A stretch of DNA of 64,000 nucleotides from Candidatus Poseidoniales archaeon (GCA_003602575.1 QQRY01000059.1:145-64144), one strand, 5' to 3'; shown: positions 1 through 10,300, numbered from the stretch's first letter. The notes: generated by a model from the letters alone, not told the origin. Numbers and translations are program-made.

Positions 1-25
1 AATATGAGGCCGACTATGGCCTTCT

Positions 26-3000
26 ATGCGCAGCCACATAGTAGCACTATTAATCTTGATTTTGCTAGGCCAGTCATTATCCAATCTCAATAGTAATAAT
101 CACGATATTGATTCATTAAATGATGATTTAACTGCCAAATCAACACAAAATAATATTAACACAATTGTATCGAACTCAACAAATCTGGGCGTTAATCAAT
201 CTATGAACATAGCAAGTATAGCTGGCTTAAGTGTAATAGACCTAATTATGGATGATGACAATAACATTTACATCTGTTTTCAAATGAGCAAAGGAAATTA
301 TAACTCACCTATTCAAATTGAAAATTATTCTTCAAATTCTAGTGAAGATTTCTATACATATATATTCGCTAAATTTGATTTCAACAGAAGTCTTGTTTGG
401 GCTTTCAACTCGACAAATTTAGGAAGTGATCCTAAAATGAAACTAACATCAAATCAATCCTTAATTATTGGTTCTTCGTATCGTAGCACTCCAAATACAG
501 TTTCGACGTTTTACAACCAAACTGGCACAAAGTCACTTTTTTTGGCGACTATTGACCCAAACGGAAATATGACGCGATTTGTAAAAGCTAACCCACCTTC
601 ATCAATTGGTATTGATGATTTTGCTATCGATTCAAATGGCAATATATACGTTTATGGTTATGTGGGGTGTTCATCATGTACTGCTCCAATATCCTTTGGA
701 ACAAGTACATTTTATGTTGCAGGTTCGACAGACTTCTTTGCAAAATTAAATTCAAGTGGCAATTGGGATTGGGGGATCGGTACAACAGGAAACTCTTGGG
801 CACCTAGTAATTTTTTGCTGAGTGTTGACTCAAATGATGATTTGATTATAGCAGCAGATCTCTCTCTCAAAACAGGAAATTGGGATATTAAAAATTTCCT
901 TGGGGTATCAAGAGCCAATGAACATCCTGAGCAACTTTCTGGTACCAATAATGGTTGTTTATTGATTAAGATGTATAATCACAATCGAACCATTAAATGG
1001 CACACTACAATATATGGAGAATCGGGTGCTACATTAAAATGTAATTCAATTGATGTTGACAGCCAAAATAATATTTTTATTGGTGGCTCATACAATGAAC
1101 CATTTAGAACGCACAATGGTTCTACGAGCCCTTATGGTGGGGAGGATGCATATGTCGCTAAATATACATCAAGTGGAAATTTATCTTGGGTAAATTATTT
1201 TGGAGGAACAGGAGATGACGTAATTTCATCAATCGTAGTTGGAAATAATGGATTTGTTTCTATTTGTGGTTATTCACGTAGTACTACGATGTCTGTTGAT
1301 AATGGATTTTTAACAGGAAACGTTCCAATGATATTCTTTATACAAATGGACAGTTATTCAAATTATACCACTAGAATTTCCTCTAACGGAATAGGAGATG
1401 AATTAAACTGTTTGATTGAATCAAGTACAAATGGAGAGAAAATTTTATTTTATCAATTTACTACACAAACAAGATTTTCTGATATTTCACATACAAGCAT
1501 AAAACAAACAGACCTTGCTATATTTGAGTTTTCTAGCGACTATGATAGTGATGGTGTTTCAGATTACAGGGATTATGATGATGATGATGATGGAATATTA
1601 GATACAATCGATAGATGCCAGCATGGTCAACTTGATTGGACATCAAATACTGTCACAGACCATGATGCTGACGGATGTGTGGATAAAACAGAGGATGATG
1701 ACGATGACAATGATGCTGTGAATGATCAATTGGATAATTGTTCCCTTGGTAGCGTTAATTGGATTTCAAACAATACAAGTGACATGGATAATGATGGTTG
1801 CCAAGATTCTGGTGAAGATGATGATGATGATAATGATGGTTTTATTGATTTGAATGATTTATGTCCTCGGGTTTTTGGAAATTCAACCTATTTGTCTGAA
1901 TTCGGTTGTATAGATACTGATGGCGATACAAGACCAGATATTACTGATTTCAAACCAAAAGATGCTTCTGAATGGAATGACGCCGATAATGATGGCTTTG
2001 GTGATAATGAAGACTTATATCCTTATGATTTTACACAGAACAAAGATTCTGATAATGATTCATATGGAGACAATTCCTATGGAACAGAAGGAGATTATTG
2101 TCCTCAAGTGTATGGAAACTCAACCATTGATGTTTTCGGATGCATAGATTCTGATGGTGATGGTTGGTCAAATGATGGAGATGCAGATAAAGATAATCCA
2201 ACACAATGGCAAGATCGAGACGGTGATGGATATGGAGATAATCAATCCGGAACTAATGCTGATATGTTTCCCTCAGATGGAACTCAATGGATTGATTCTG
2301 ATGGCGATGGTCATGGCGATAATCCATATGGAACACAAGGCGATTGGTTCCCTGATGACCCGACGAGATGGCGTGATTCTGACCAAGATGCTACAGCCGA
2401 TGAAGATGATGCATTTCCTAATGATGGAACGCAACAAGTCGATTCTGATGGGGATGGATACGGTGACAATATCGATGGAAATAGAGGTGATGCATTCCCC
2501 GATGACCCACTAGAATGGAAGGATTCTGACGGAGATCTTTTAGGTGATAATGCCGATATGTTCCCATATGACCCTACTCAAATTGAAGACAGAGATGGAG
2601 ACGGTATGGGTGATAATCCAATGGGAATTGGTGCTGATAAGTTCCCTGATGATGCAACTCAATGGGGAGATATAGATGGTGATGGATATGGTGATAATTC
2701 ACTAGGCAACAACCCAGATTTGTTCATCACTGATGCTACACAATGGGCTGACAGAGATGGTGATGGTTACGGGGATAATCCTCAAGGTAGGCTGTATGAT
2801 TTGTTCCCAGACAACCCGACACAATGGGAAGATGCTGATGAAGATGGACTTGGTGATAATCAATCAGGAACTGATGCTGACCCATTCCTCAACGACTTTG
2901 ATAATGATGGCTACAATGATTCAATGGACATCCTGCCCAAACTAGCAAGTCCAGGTGATCTAGACGCAGACGGATGTCTCGATGAAGTAGATGCATTCCC

Positions 3001-3649
3001 CGAAAACGGTCAAGAATGTGTTGATACAGACGGAGACGGAATAGGCAACAATGGCGATTCAGATGATGACGGCGATGGCTGGACTGATGCTGATGAAGAA
3101 AGGTTAGGAACTGATTCATTGTCTTCAACTGACACTCCTGTAGATAGTTTTGAAATTGTAATTCCAGGAACTGCAGTTGGACTTGGTGCTTGGGATTTAA
3201 TTGGAATATTTGGTGGCGTGCCATTTTTTGCTTGGATAGGTTTTGGATTCGCAACTAGAAATGGTCGCTGTGAACGATATGAAGAATTACTCAAAGAAGC
3301 TACATCAAGAGATGAATTAGAAAAAGTTGCACTACGCTGGGAATACTCGCTAATGCTCAGAATGTTAGGTCCACACCAAGGAATTAGGCTAGAGAGATTA
3401 CGTGCCGAACTAGATGACAAGTTTGAGAATGCAACCTATGATGAAACTGACATTGGTTTTGATCAAACCAGTATTGTAGAAAATGAAGGCAAAGATATTC
3501 CACCAATCAACGATTCATTTGCCGGACCAACAAAGGAAACAGCCGCAACATCAACCGATGAATCTGGCTATGAATGGTTCAAACAAGGTGAAGAGAATTG
3601 GTATCGACCTGTTGATAGTAACGATGAATGGTTCAAGTTTGAAAACTAA
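26..3649 (+). CDS. Large type-I membrane surface protein: signal peptide, repeat-rich N-terminal ectodomain, long thrombospondin type-3-like Ca-binding repeat array, one TM helix, ~150-aa cytoplasmic tail
   Basis: 1207-aa ORF. It has the hydrophobic leader MRSHIVALLILILLGQSLS and dozens of DxDxDGxGD / DxDxDGxxD motifs. The hydrophobic segment GLGAWDLIGIFGGVPFFAWIGFGF is followed by a charged tail. Confidence 0.8.
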   Translation: MRSHIVALLILILLGQSLSNLNSNNHDIDSLNDDLTAKSTQNNINTIVSNSTNLGVNQSMNIASIAGLSVIDLIMDDDNNIYICFQMSKGNYNSPIQIENYSSNSSEDFYTYIFAKFDFNRSLVWAFNSTNLGSDPKMKLTSNQSLIIGSSYRSTPNTVSTFYNQTGTKSLFLATIDPNGNMTRFVKANPPSSIGIDDFAIDSNGNIYVYGYVGCSSCTAPISFGTSTFYVAGSTDFFAKLNSSGNWDWGIGTTGNSWAPSNFLLSVDSNDDLIIAADLSLKTGNWDIKNFLGVSRANEHPEQLSGTNNGCLLIKMYNHNRTIKWHTTIYGESGATLKCNSIDVDSQNNIFIGGSYNEPFRTHNGSTSPYGGEDAYVAKYTSSGNLSWVNYFGGTGDDVISSIVVGNNGFVSICGYSRSTTMSVDNGFLTGNVPMIFFIQMDSYSNYTTRISSNGIGDELNCLIESSTNGEKILFYQFTTQTRFSDISHTSIKQTDLAIFEFSSDYDSDGVSDYRDYDDDDDGILDTIDRCQHGQLDWTSNTVTDHDADGCVDKTEDDDDDNDAVNDQLDNCSLGSVNWISNNTSDMDNDGCQDSGEDDDDDNDGFIDLNDLCPRVFGNSTYLSEFGCIDTDGDTRPDITDFKPKDASEWNDADNDGFGDNEDLYPYDFTQNKDSDNDSYGDNSYGTEGDYCPQVYGNSTIDVFGCIDSDGDGWSNDGDADKDNPTQWQDRDGDGYGDNQSGTNADMFPSDGTQWIDSDGDGHGDNPYGTQGDWFPDDPTRWRDSDQDATADEDDAFPNDGTQQVDSDGDGYGDNIDGNRGDAFPDDPLEWKDSDGDLLGDNADMFPYDPTQIEDRDGDGMGDNPMGIGADKFPDDATQWGDIDGDGYGDNSLGNNPDLFITDATQWADRDGDGYGDNPQGRLYDLFPDNPTQWEDADEDGLGDNQSGTDADPFLNDFDNDGYNDSMDILPKLASPGDLDADGCLDEVDAFPENGQECVDTDGDGIGNNGDSDDDGDGWTDADEERLGTDSLSSTDTPVDSFEIVIPGTAVGLGAWDLIGIFGGVPFFAWIGFGFATRNGRCERYEELLKEATSRDELEKVALRWEYSLMLRMLGPHQGIRLERLRAELDDKFENATYDETDIGFDQTSIVENEGKDIPPINDSFAGPTKETAATSTDESGYEWFKQGEENWYRPVDSNDEWFKFEN
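1538..3100 (+). repeat. Degenerate tandem array of Asp-rich TSP3-like calcium-binding repeats (coding)
   Basis: DSDGDGYGDN, DRDGDGYGDN and DADEDGLGDN type units recur every ~20-25 aa. Cys-containing versions (DHDADGCVD, DMDNDGCQD) occur at the start of the array. Confidence 0.8.
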
Positions 3650-3689
3650 TCAGACACTGCTTATTTTCTATAGAACAATTAACTGAAAG

Positions 3690-3762
3690 TGCTCGTACCG
3701 GGATTTGAACCCGGGTCAAAGGAATGAGAGTCCTTTATGATGGGCCACTACACTATACGAGC
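3690..3762 (-). tRNA. tRNA-Glu (anticodon CUC)
   Basis: The reverse complement GCUCGUA...UACGAGC-A folds as a cloverleaf. Anticodon arm AAGGA-CUCUCAU-UCCUU; T arm CCGGG-UUCAAAU-CCCGG. 73 nt, no encoded CCA. Confidence 0.85.
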
Positions 3763-3788
3763 TTGGCTAACCTGCCGTCGCCCATCCA

Positions 3789-3799
3789 TTATTTAGAAA
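3789..3799 (-). promoter_or_regulatory. Putative TATA box for tRNA-Glu
   Basis: On the minus strand, TTCTAAATAAT lies ~27-37 nt upstream of the tRNA 5' end. Confidence 0.35.
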
Positions 3800-3864
3800 T
3801 CTCCCTTGAAGACTAGTTTCAAAATACAAATAATATGTTCACTTTAACTAAAAACTGAAAGTGT

Positions 3865-4140
3865 AAATGAGCCACTGAACGACATCAGTCATTCACTTAC
3901 AAATTGCCGGGTCTTTCTTCTTTTGATATACCACCGCCATTACGTTTGGGTCATGGAAAACGAATACTTGAATGAAAAAGAATTGAAATTCTCTGACTTG
4001 ATAGAGATAAATAATCACTCCCCCACCCCTTCGTGGAGACTTAGATGTACCACGAAAATAGCTCACCCCAGTGGCAGAATCCCATCCCTTTCTGCCGCTG
4101 CTGGGTGGCAACCGGTTTTCTCACCGTCTGAAAGACCACT
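3865..4140 (-). ncRNA. Candidate structured non-coding RNA of unknown class (strand uncertain)
   Basis: A 435-nt gap with no credible ORF and locally GC-rich sequence. A perfect 9-bp hairpin forms between cagtggcag (4067-4075) and ctgccgctg (4092-4100). Long-range 8-bp complementarity links ggtctttc (3910-3917) to gaaagacc (4129-4136). A TATA-like TTCTAATTAT sits ~27 nt upstream on the minus strand (~4165). Confidence 0.25.
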
Positions 4141-4200
4141 AATGAGTGCTACAATTAACAACATAATTAGAAGGGTAAGAAAATCAAGAGGTGAGGCTTG

Positions 4201-4440
4201 ATGAGTAAAACTCGAAGACTTAGAAGTGAAATTTCAGAGTATCTAGATGATGTCGGAGAAGCAAATACAACTGCAATACTAGATCATATCAACAAGAGAT
4301 TTAGATGGGGCGCTACGATGAACCAATTAGGAAATGTACTTGCACGTGATAGTCGATTTACTAAAGTCGGTTTCGATGAAGGAACTGACGTAGGCGGTTT
4401 TAGAATGCGTGTCTGTGTTTGGTCCAAAGTGAGCGCTTGA
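4201..4440 (+). CDS. Small hypothetical protein, possibly winged-helix DNA-binding
   Basis: 79 aa from the ATG at 4201, preceded by GAGGTGAGG. The pattern ISEYLDDVGEANTTAILDHINKRF...QLGNVLARDSRFTKVG looks wHTH-like. Confidence 0.5.
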   Translation: MSKTRRLRSEISEYLDDVGEANTTAILDHINKRFRWGATMNQLGNVLARDSRFTKVGFDEGTDVGGFRMRVCVWSKVSA

Positions 4441-4478
4441 ATCAAAGAAGTCAAAACCCCTTAACCCCAGCCATATAC

Positions 4479-5357
4479 ATGTCGGGCAAGGTTCGAGCAT
4501 TTCTCGAACTAATGCGTCTGAAGAATGTAGTACTTGCGGCAATTACAGTGCCATTAGGCGCTCATTTTGCAATTGGTGGTGTCTGGTTTAATCAATATCT
4601 GTTAGAGGTAGCAATCCAAACCTTAGCGGTAGTATTCTTCATCGGTGCAGGAAATACGATGAATGACATCAAAGATTCTGAAATCGATAAAACAGCACAT
4701 CCAAATCGACCAATTCCATCCCAGCGTATCGCCATCAATGATGCGAAGAAATTTACCTGGATACTTTGGACTTTGAGCATAGTGTGTGTTTTATTTGGGA
4801 CTTTTAGGCTATATGACAATGATATGCAGTGGTACCCACTAGTTGCGATTTACGTAATAGCAGTTGCACTGATGATCAGTTATGACCATGGTCCAAAAAC
4901 TAAGGATTCGGGACTAATAGGTAACGTTTCAATATCAATTATGGTCGGTTCTGTTATTCTCTATGGAGCATCTAGTGTTTCAGCAATAAGTACACCTTTG
5001 GTCTGGTGGACTGCCAGTGTTGTATTCTTCACCAACCTTGCAAGAGAGATTGTCAAAGACTGTCAAGATATGGAGTCTGATGAAGGAATAAGGAATACAT
5101 TACCTATGTCTTTTGGATTACAGAATTCAAGAATGGCAGCTTATGTCATAATAATGGCATCATTAGTCTGCCTTTACATGCCATATTGGAAAGGGCCATT
5201 TGAATTTGGGCAACTATTCTTTCAAATACCTGCAATAATGACCTTAATTACTCTAAATAAGCCACTCTATGAAGGTAGAGATGCTCTTGTAGCAAGTAGA
5301 ATTAGAATTGCTATGTTATTTGGATTAACAGGATTTATCATTCCTATGTACTTGTGA
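4479..5357 (+). CDS. UbiA-family prenyltransferase, probably digeranylgeranylglyceryl phosphate (DGGGP) synthase
   Basis: Polytopic membrane protein with the Asp-rich motif GNTMNDIKDSEIDKTAHPNRPIP (NDxxDxxxD). The ATG at 4479 avoids overlap with the upstream gene; the ORF opens at 4419. Confidence 0.75.
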   Translation: MSGKVRAFLELMRLKNVVLAAITVPLGAHFAIGGVWFNQYLLEVAIQTLAVVFFIGAGNTMNDIKDSEIDKTAHPNRPIPSQRIAINDAKKFTWILWTLSIVCVLFGTFRLYDNDMQWYPLVAIYVIAVALMISYDHGPKTKDSGLIGNVSISIMVGSVILYGASSVSAISTPLVWWTASVVFFTNLAREIVKDCQDMESDEGIRNTLPMSFGLQNSRMAAYVIIMASLVCLYMPYWKGPFEFGQLFFQIPAIMTLITLNKPLYEGRDALVASRIRIAMLFGLTGFIIPMYL

Positions 5358-6326
5358 TTATTCTAATCCCATGAATTCGTACATCGCATCCCAAGCGCCT
5401 TCAGACACTAAGTAAGCAAGTAGTGACATTTGCGCCCACATACGATTTTCTGCTTGGTCAAATACTATCGAATGTTCGTGATCCATTACCCAATCAGTAA
5501 CTTCATCGCCCCTATGTGCTGGAAGACAATGCATGAATTTCCAATTTTCATCCATATTATCAACTAACTTTTCGTTAACTTGGAAACCGTCGAATGACGC
5601 TATTTTATCCTTCAAGTGTTCTTCTCCCATAGAGATAAAAACATCTGTGTAAACTACATGTGCATCCTTAACCGCTTCAACAGGGTCGTTGGTTTGTACA
5701 ACAGAACTCCCATTTTTCTCAGCGAGCGACTGAACTCTATCCATAACATCTTTATCTGGTTCATATCCTTTTGGAATTGCATAATGAATATCAATTCCAA
5801 GAATCGCACATGCTAAGGCCAAATCGTGCAGAACGTTATTTCCATCACCTACCCAAGCAATCTTCAAATCATCTAATTCACTAAAATGCTCTAAAACAGT
5901 CATCAAATCTGCAGCTGATTGGCAAGGATGATGCTTGTCTGAAAGTGCATTTATCACTGGAACTGTTGCATGCTTGGCTAATTCTTCAACATCAGCATGA
6001 GCATAGCAACGGTAAGTCATTGCACCAAGGAATCTAGAAAGAACTTGGGATGTATCACCTACTGTTTCGGACTTTCCTAGTTGAATATCATTCTTGAGTA
6101 ATGTCAAAGGATATCCTCCGAGTCTATTAATTCCAACTTCGAATGAAACTCTAGTTCTAGTTGAAGGCTTTTCATAAATTGAGCCCACTGCCAATGAATC
6201 TAATGGGAAGAAATTCATTGCAACTTCATCGCCTTCTTTCCACAACCTCTTAAACTCAATTGCCCATTTTAGTATCTTATGAAAGTCTTCTTCTACATCA
6301 TCAATAGCTAGTATATGCTTGACCAT
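5358..6326 (-). CDS. argF: Ornithine carbamoyltransferase
   Basis: Motifs STRTR, HPCQ, DGNNV and HCLPAHRGDEV. GGAGGTG lies upstream of the start. Confidence 0.9.
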   Translation of the reverse strand: MVKHILAIDDVEEDFHKILKWAIEFKRLWKEGDEVAMNFFPLDSLAVGSIYEKPSTRTRVSFEVGINRLGGYPLTLLKNDIQLGKSETVGDTSQVLSRFLGAMTYRCYAHADVEELAKHATVPVINALSDKHHPCQSAADLMTVLEHFSELDDLKIAWVGDGNNVLHDLALACAILGIDIHYAIPKGYEPDKDVMDRVQSLAEKNGSSVVQTNDPVEAVKDAHVVYTDVFISMGEEHLKDKIASFDGFQVNEKLVDNMDENWKFMHCLPAHRGDEVTDWVMDHEHSIVFDQAENRMWAQMSLLAYLVSEGAWDAMYEFMGLE

Positions 6327-6380
6327 GACACCTCCAAATGAAGAAGGCTTCTAAGATTTCTTGATAAAACAAGATCAATA

Positions 6381-7205
6381 TTAATCTCTTTCATGCTCGA
6401 TATCTTGAGCAAAGCCATCTCTTGAATCGCCCATTCCACCAAATAATGCTTGGGCAAATGTCAGTACATCTGCTAGTCCATCTTCTAGTTCAGAAGAAAG
6501 TGGAGTCAAACCAGGTGCCTGCGAAAATTCTTGCATCATCCTCAGTTGATTAATTGCAAATTCAGTTCTTTGCCCTCCAGCCTCATCATATAATGCCAGT
6601 TCCAATATCTCCAACCTCTCGGACCATTCCAAAATTTTAGCAAGTTCATCTTCGTCTAGTAAATCTGATTTTGATAAGAAATTCTTTGTTGGAAGTCCAA
6701 GTCTAAATTCAACAATACTTGAGAGAAGCATCTGAGAAACGAAACCAGATGGAGAACGTGAAAGCATCGGGTCAAAGAGATAGATTATTGCAGACTGATC
6801 TCTACCTAGAACTTCAATCAAATGATTACTGGCTTCTCTAAATGCAAATAATTCAACTTGACCGGGAGTATCTACTATCATAACCTCGCCAGAAAGTGCG
6901 TGTAGTTGCTCTGCAACATCGCCTGCCTGTGCTGCCAGAAGGTCAGCAGCTAGAATTTGTGCACCATTTGGACCCAAATCATACTCAGACATAACCTCGG
7001 TAAGAGAAATTAAATCTCTAACATCAAATTCTGCATCATAATGTACTCTTTCTGCTCCAGGATCGAGATTTACAGCAATTGCATCTGTTTCTAAAAATCT
7101 TGACCATCTTTGAAACGCAGTTACTAAGGATGATTTTCCAGCACCTGCGGTACCTACAACAAATAATACAGGAGGAGTCCCACTATCCATACCGACCATG
7201 TTCAA
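6381..7205 (-). CDS. GPN-loop GTPase
   Basis: P-loop GTAGAGKSS and GPN motif DLGPNGAQ. Length is typical of the PAB0955/Npa3 family. Confidence 0.85.
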   Translation of the reverse strand: MNMVGMDSGTPPVLFVVGTAGAGKSSLVTAFQRWSRFLETDAIAVNLDPGAERVHYDAEFDVRDLISLTEVMSEYDLGPNGAQILAADLLAAQAGDVAEQLHALSGEVMIVDTPGQVELFAFREASNHLIEVLGRDQSAIIYLFDPMLSRSPSGFVSQMLLSSIVEFRLGLPTKNFLSKSDLLDEDELAKILEWSERLEILELALYDEAGGQRTEFAINQLRMMQEFSQAPGLTPLSSELEDGLADVLTFAQALFGGMGDSRDGFAQDIEHERD

Positions 7206-7357
7206 TGCTCCGACTCACCATAAATCAAGTTCACCGTCAAAACATAACATTTTACTCGCAAAACGCATATATTTATTCAAACCTTTGAGCATAATGGTTA
7301 TGTGCTATGCATCAATGGGCGAACTGGCGCATTGTGTTTATGCGCGGAGGAATTGAA

Positions 7358-10300
7358 ATGTCTGATGAGAAACCACCTATGCCCGAGATGCCACCTATGC
7401 CACCTATGAATGCACCACCTGCACCTCCAGGTATGCCTCCTATGGACGCTCCACCTGCACCTCCGGGTATGCCTCCTATGCCAGGTATGCCGCCAATGGA
7501 TGCACCACCGACTCCTCCAGGTATGCCACCTATGGACGCTCCACCGGCTCCTCCAGGTATGCCACCTATGGACGCTCCACCTGCACCACCTATGCCAGGT
7601 ATGCCACCTATGGATGCTCCACCTGCACCACCTATGCCAGGTATGCCACCTATGGATGCTCCACCCGCACCTCCTATGCCAGAAATGCCACCTATGGATG
7701 CACCTCCTGCACCTCCTATGCCAGAAATGCCACCAATGGATGCACCTCCTGCACCACCGGGTATGCCACCGATGGACGCTCCACCTGCACCTCCTATGCC
7801 AGAAATGCCACCTATGGATGCACCTCCTGCACCACCGGAAATGCCACCTATGGACGCTCCACCTGCACCACCTATGCCAGGTATGCCACCTATGGATGCT
7901 CCACCTGCGCCTCCTATGCCAGAAATGCCACCGATGGACGCTCCACCTGCACCACCGGAAATGCCACCTATGGACGCACCACCAGCCCCTCCAGGTATGC
8001 CACCTATGGACGCTCCACCTGCACCACCGGACATGCCGCCTATGGATGCACCCCCTGCTCCCCCTGAGATGGAGTCAAACGACGAAACGGATGTTTCTGA
8101 AGAATCAGATATTCTAACCGATCTCTCTGCACCACCGGCTCCACCTATGCCAGAAATGCCTCCTATGGATGCACCACCGGCCCCACCTATGCCACCTATG
8201 GATGCACTTCCGGCTGCTGATGCACTATTAGCGCCTCCAGCACCTCCTGTGGAAGAGACATCTGCTGCTGATTTACTACTAGCACCTCCTGCGCCTCCAA
8301 GCATGCCACCTATGGACGCTCCACCTGCACCTCCTGCGGCTGATGCACTTCTTTCTCCACCTCTACCACCTGCTACAGTTGAAGGAGATTCTGAAGAAAC
8401 TGAAGATATGACTCCTGATGAACAAATTGGAGAACAAGCTGGAGCAACTATCCGTTCTAGAGCTGAAGTTGATGAAGTCCCTGGAGATAAACTCGAAGGT
8501 ACATTGCATGAAGTTGAAAAAGCGACTCTCAACAGTGACGGAGAAATAATTAAGCAAACCGTAAAAGGTACTCTAACAATCAATAACCCTTCCAGTGATG
8601 ATAGAATTTACGATATTGACGTAATCCTTGACAATGCAGATTCAACTGATATTGGTGGCGACCATGTTTCAGTAGATGAATTAGAAGCTGGTAAGAAATA
8701 CAGTATGAAGTATAAGGTTGATGGAATGAGGATGCTTGTTCTTCGTGAACACCTTGACACCAATCCTGCTCGCTCTCAGGAGCGTTCATTATCTGTTGCC
8801 AATGGACCTGATGGTGGACCATTAGCCCTTGAGATTGAAGTTGAAAACGTTTCAAATGTTACTATTGATAATGTAGAAGTTACAAGACATATACCGAGTG
8901 AAATGTCTTTTGAGAATTCTGGCGACGCAGTAATCGAAGATGGAAACATGACATGGTCTGTTGGAAGTCTATCTGCTGGAGAAAAGAAGTCTCTCTCTAT
9001 TGAAGGTAAAATTACAGTTACTGGAACCAAGACAATCAATGCTGGCTCCGCTTCTGCCACCTATACCGCAAATTCTACACTATCAAGTTTGAATTTCAGA
9101 GAGTTGGATGCATTCTGTCGAGGGTTTACTTACATGAGAGTTCGTGAGGATGAAAGACCAGATAACTGGCTCTGCAAGACGATTTTCGAAAACCGTTCAT
9201 CCTTTGCAGTGGACTTGGTTAAACTTCAAGTTACTATGAAAGGAAGTAATGAATTATTATTCGATATATCTGATGTTGATGACGATGTACTACCTAACGG
9301 AAAGTGGGAATCTGATGAGAGAACTGTTGAAGCAACTTCTGAACCTGATTTCACTTATGATCTTTCATATACAATTCTACCTAGGGCAGTGCGCTCAACA
9401 GAAGGTTCGATAAGTCTAGAAGAGAGTTCATTCGACATTCTAGAAGCAGATGTCGAAAAGAAGTATTCAACTACTGGACTGCGTTCATACCGAAGTCAAA
9501 AAGTCGGAGCTTCTTTGAAGTTGACAAATTCTGGTTCTTCAACCATCAATTTGATGAGAATTACTGATGATGTCCCGGGACTATTTGACGCTCCAGACCT
9601 TGAATCAATGAGAATCAGTATTGGTGGTAAGGAACTTGAACCAGAGCAGTATAAGGCTGAAGTTAGCTCTGGAATCACTCTCGAGAAAGAACATCGTTCA
9701 CCTGATGGAGATGGACATACTCTAACCCTAACTATCGGTACAAGAGGACCTCTAGGATTAACACCTGGAGACGACATTTCCATAGAATATGATTTGATTG
9801 CACCAGATCCTTCTCCAGAAAATAAGATAGTAGTTGCTCCACTTCGTACCGAGTTCAGTGCAGAAAGATTTGGTCCGGTCTGTTCAAGAGATTGTAGCAA
9901 TCCTCCATCTCTGAAAGTAATTCACCACAGAAGAGACTTCTCTGCAGGTAAGCAAGCAATACCTCTCGGCGGCAAGGGAAGATACGAAGTTCTAATCCTG
10001 TTCGAGAATAACGGAGATACTGCATTACAAGATGTTTACATCAATGATGTGATTCCTTCAAACTTTGAAATCAAAGATTGGCATATCAAAGGAACCGGTG
10101 GAAAGCGCGATGATTGCGAAATGACCAGTGAAGATGGCGATGATGGTGCTCATGTCAGTTGGATGATCCCAATTGTCGGTAAGAATGAGAGATTAGAAGT
10201 ATCTTTTGAAATAAAAGGTTCCGGAGAAGTCGACGCTGAAGCACTAAATAGGTTCCACGGAGTCCATTTCGGCGATGAGGTTGAAACTGAAGATGTTCCA

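Noticed and set aside
1920-2945. Met-rich alternative-frame ORFs inside the TSP3 repeat region (1920-2147, 2154-2513, 2733-2945)
   Set aside because: They are frame-shifted readings of GAT/GAC-rich repeat DNA (ATG arises from gATGa). They are nested in a long, coherent ORF.
3905-3919. Minus-strand GAAGAAAGACCCGGC resembling RNase P CR-I, with a CR-V-like GAGAAAACCGGUUGCC at ~4110-4125
   Set aside because: The order of the motifs is wrong for RNase P RNA (the CR-V-like motif lies 5' of the CR-I-like one), and the P4 pairing is poor. A canonical RNase P RNA exists at 37214-37517.
3650-4200. Integrated mobile element at tRNA-Glu
   Set aside because: There is no integrase, no duplicated tRNA 3' segment and only a trivial 7-nt direct repeat (cccatcc). 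The composition matches the rest of the window.
3893-4201. ORFs 3893-4111 (-) and 3923-4201 (+) in the gap next to tRNA-Glu
   Set aside because: They overlap each other, have odd composition (FFFIQVFVF, RRGGG) and lack an SD sequence or recognisable motif. The region is better explained as structured RNA or a leader.
7410-8117. 235-aa plus-strand alternative-frame ORF rich in His/Leu/Cys (HLHLQVCLLW...)
   Set aside because: It is an out-of-frame reading of the same tandem repeat and stays open only because the repeat lacks stops. It does not extend beyond the repeat.
7312-8583. 423-aa minus-strand ORF encoding Gly-rich GGAGGASIGGI repeats
   Set aside because: It is the antisense shadow of the Pro-rich repeat (CCN codons read as GGN). 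It has no independent start context and ends where the repeat-driven lack of stop codons ends. The plus-frame ORF continues into 800 aa of well-formed domains.
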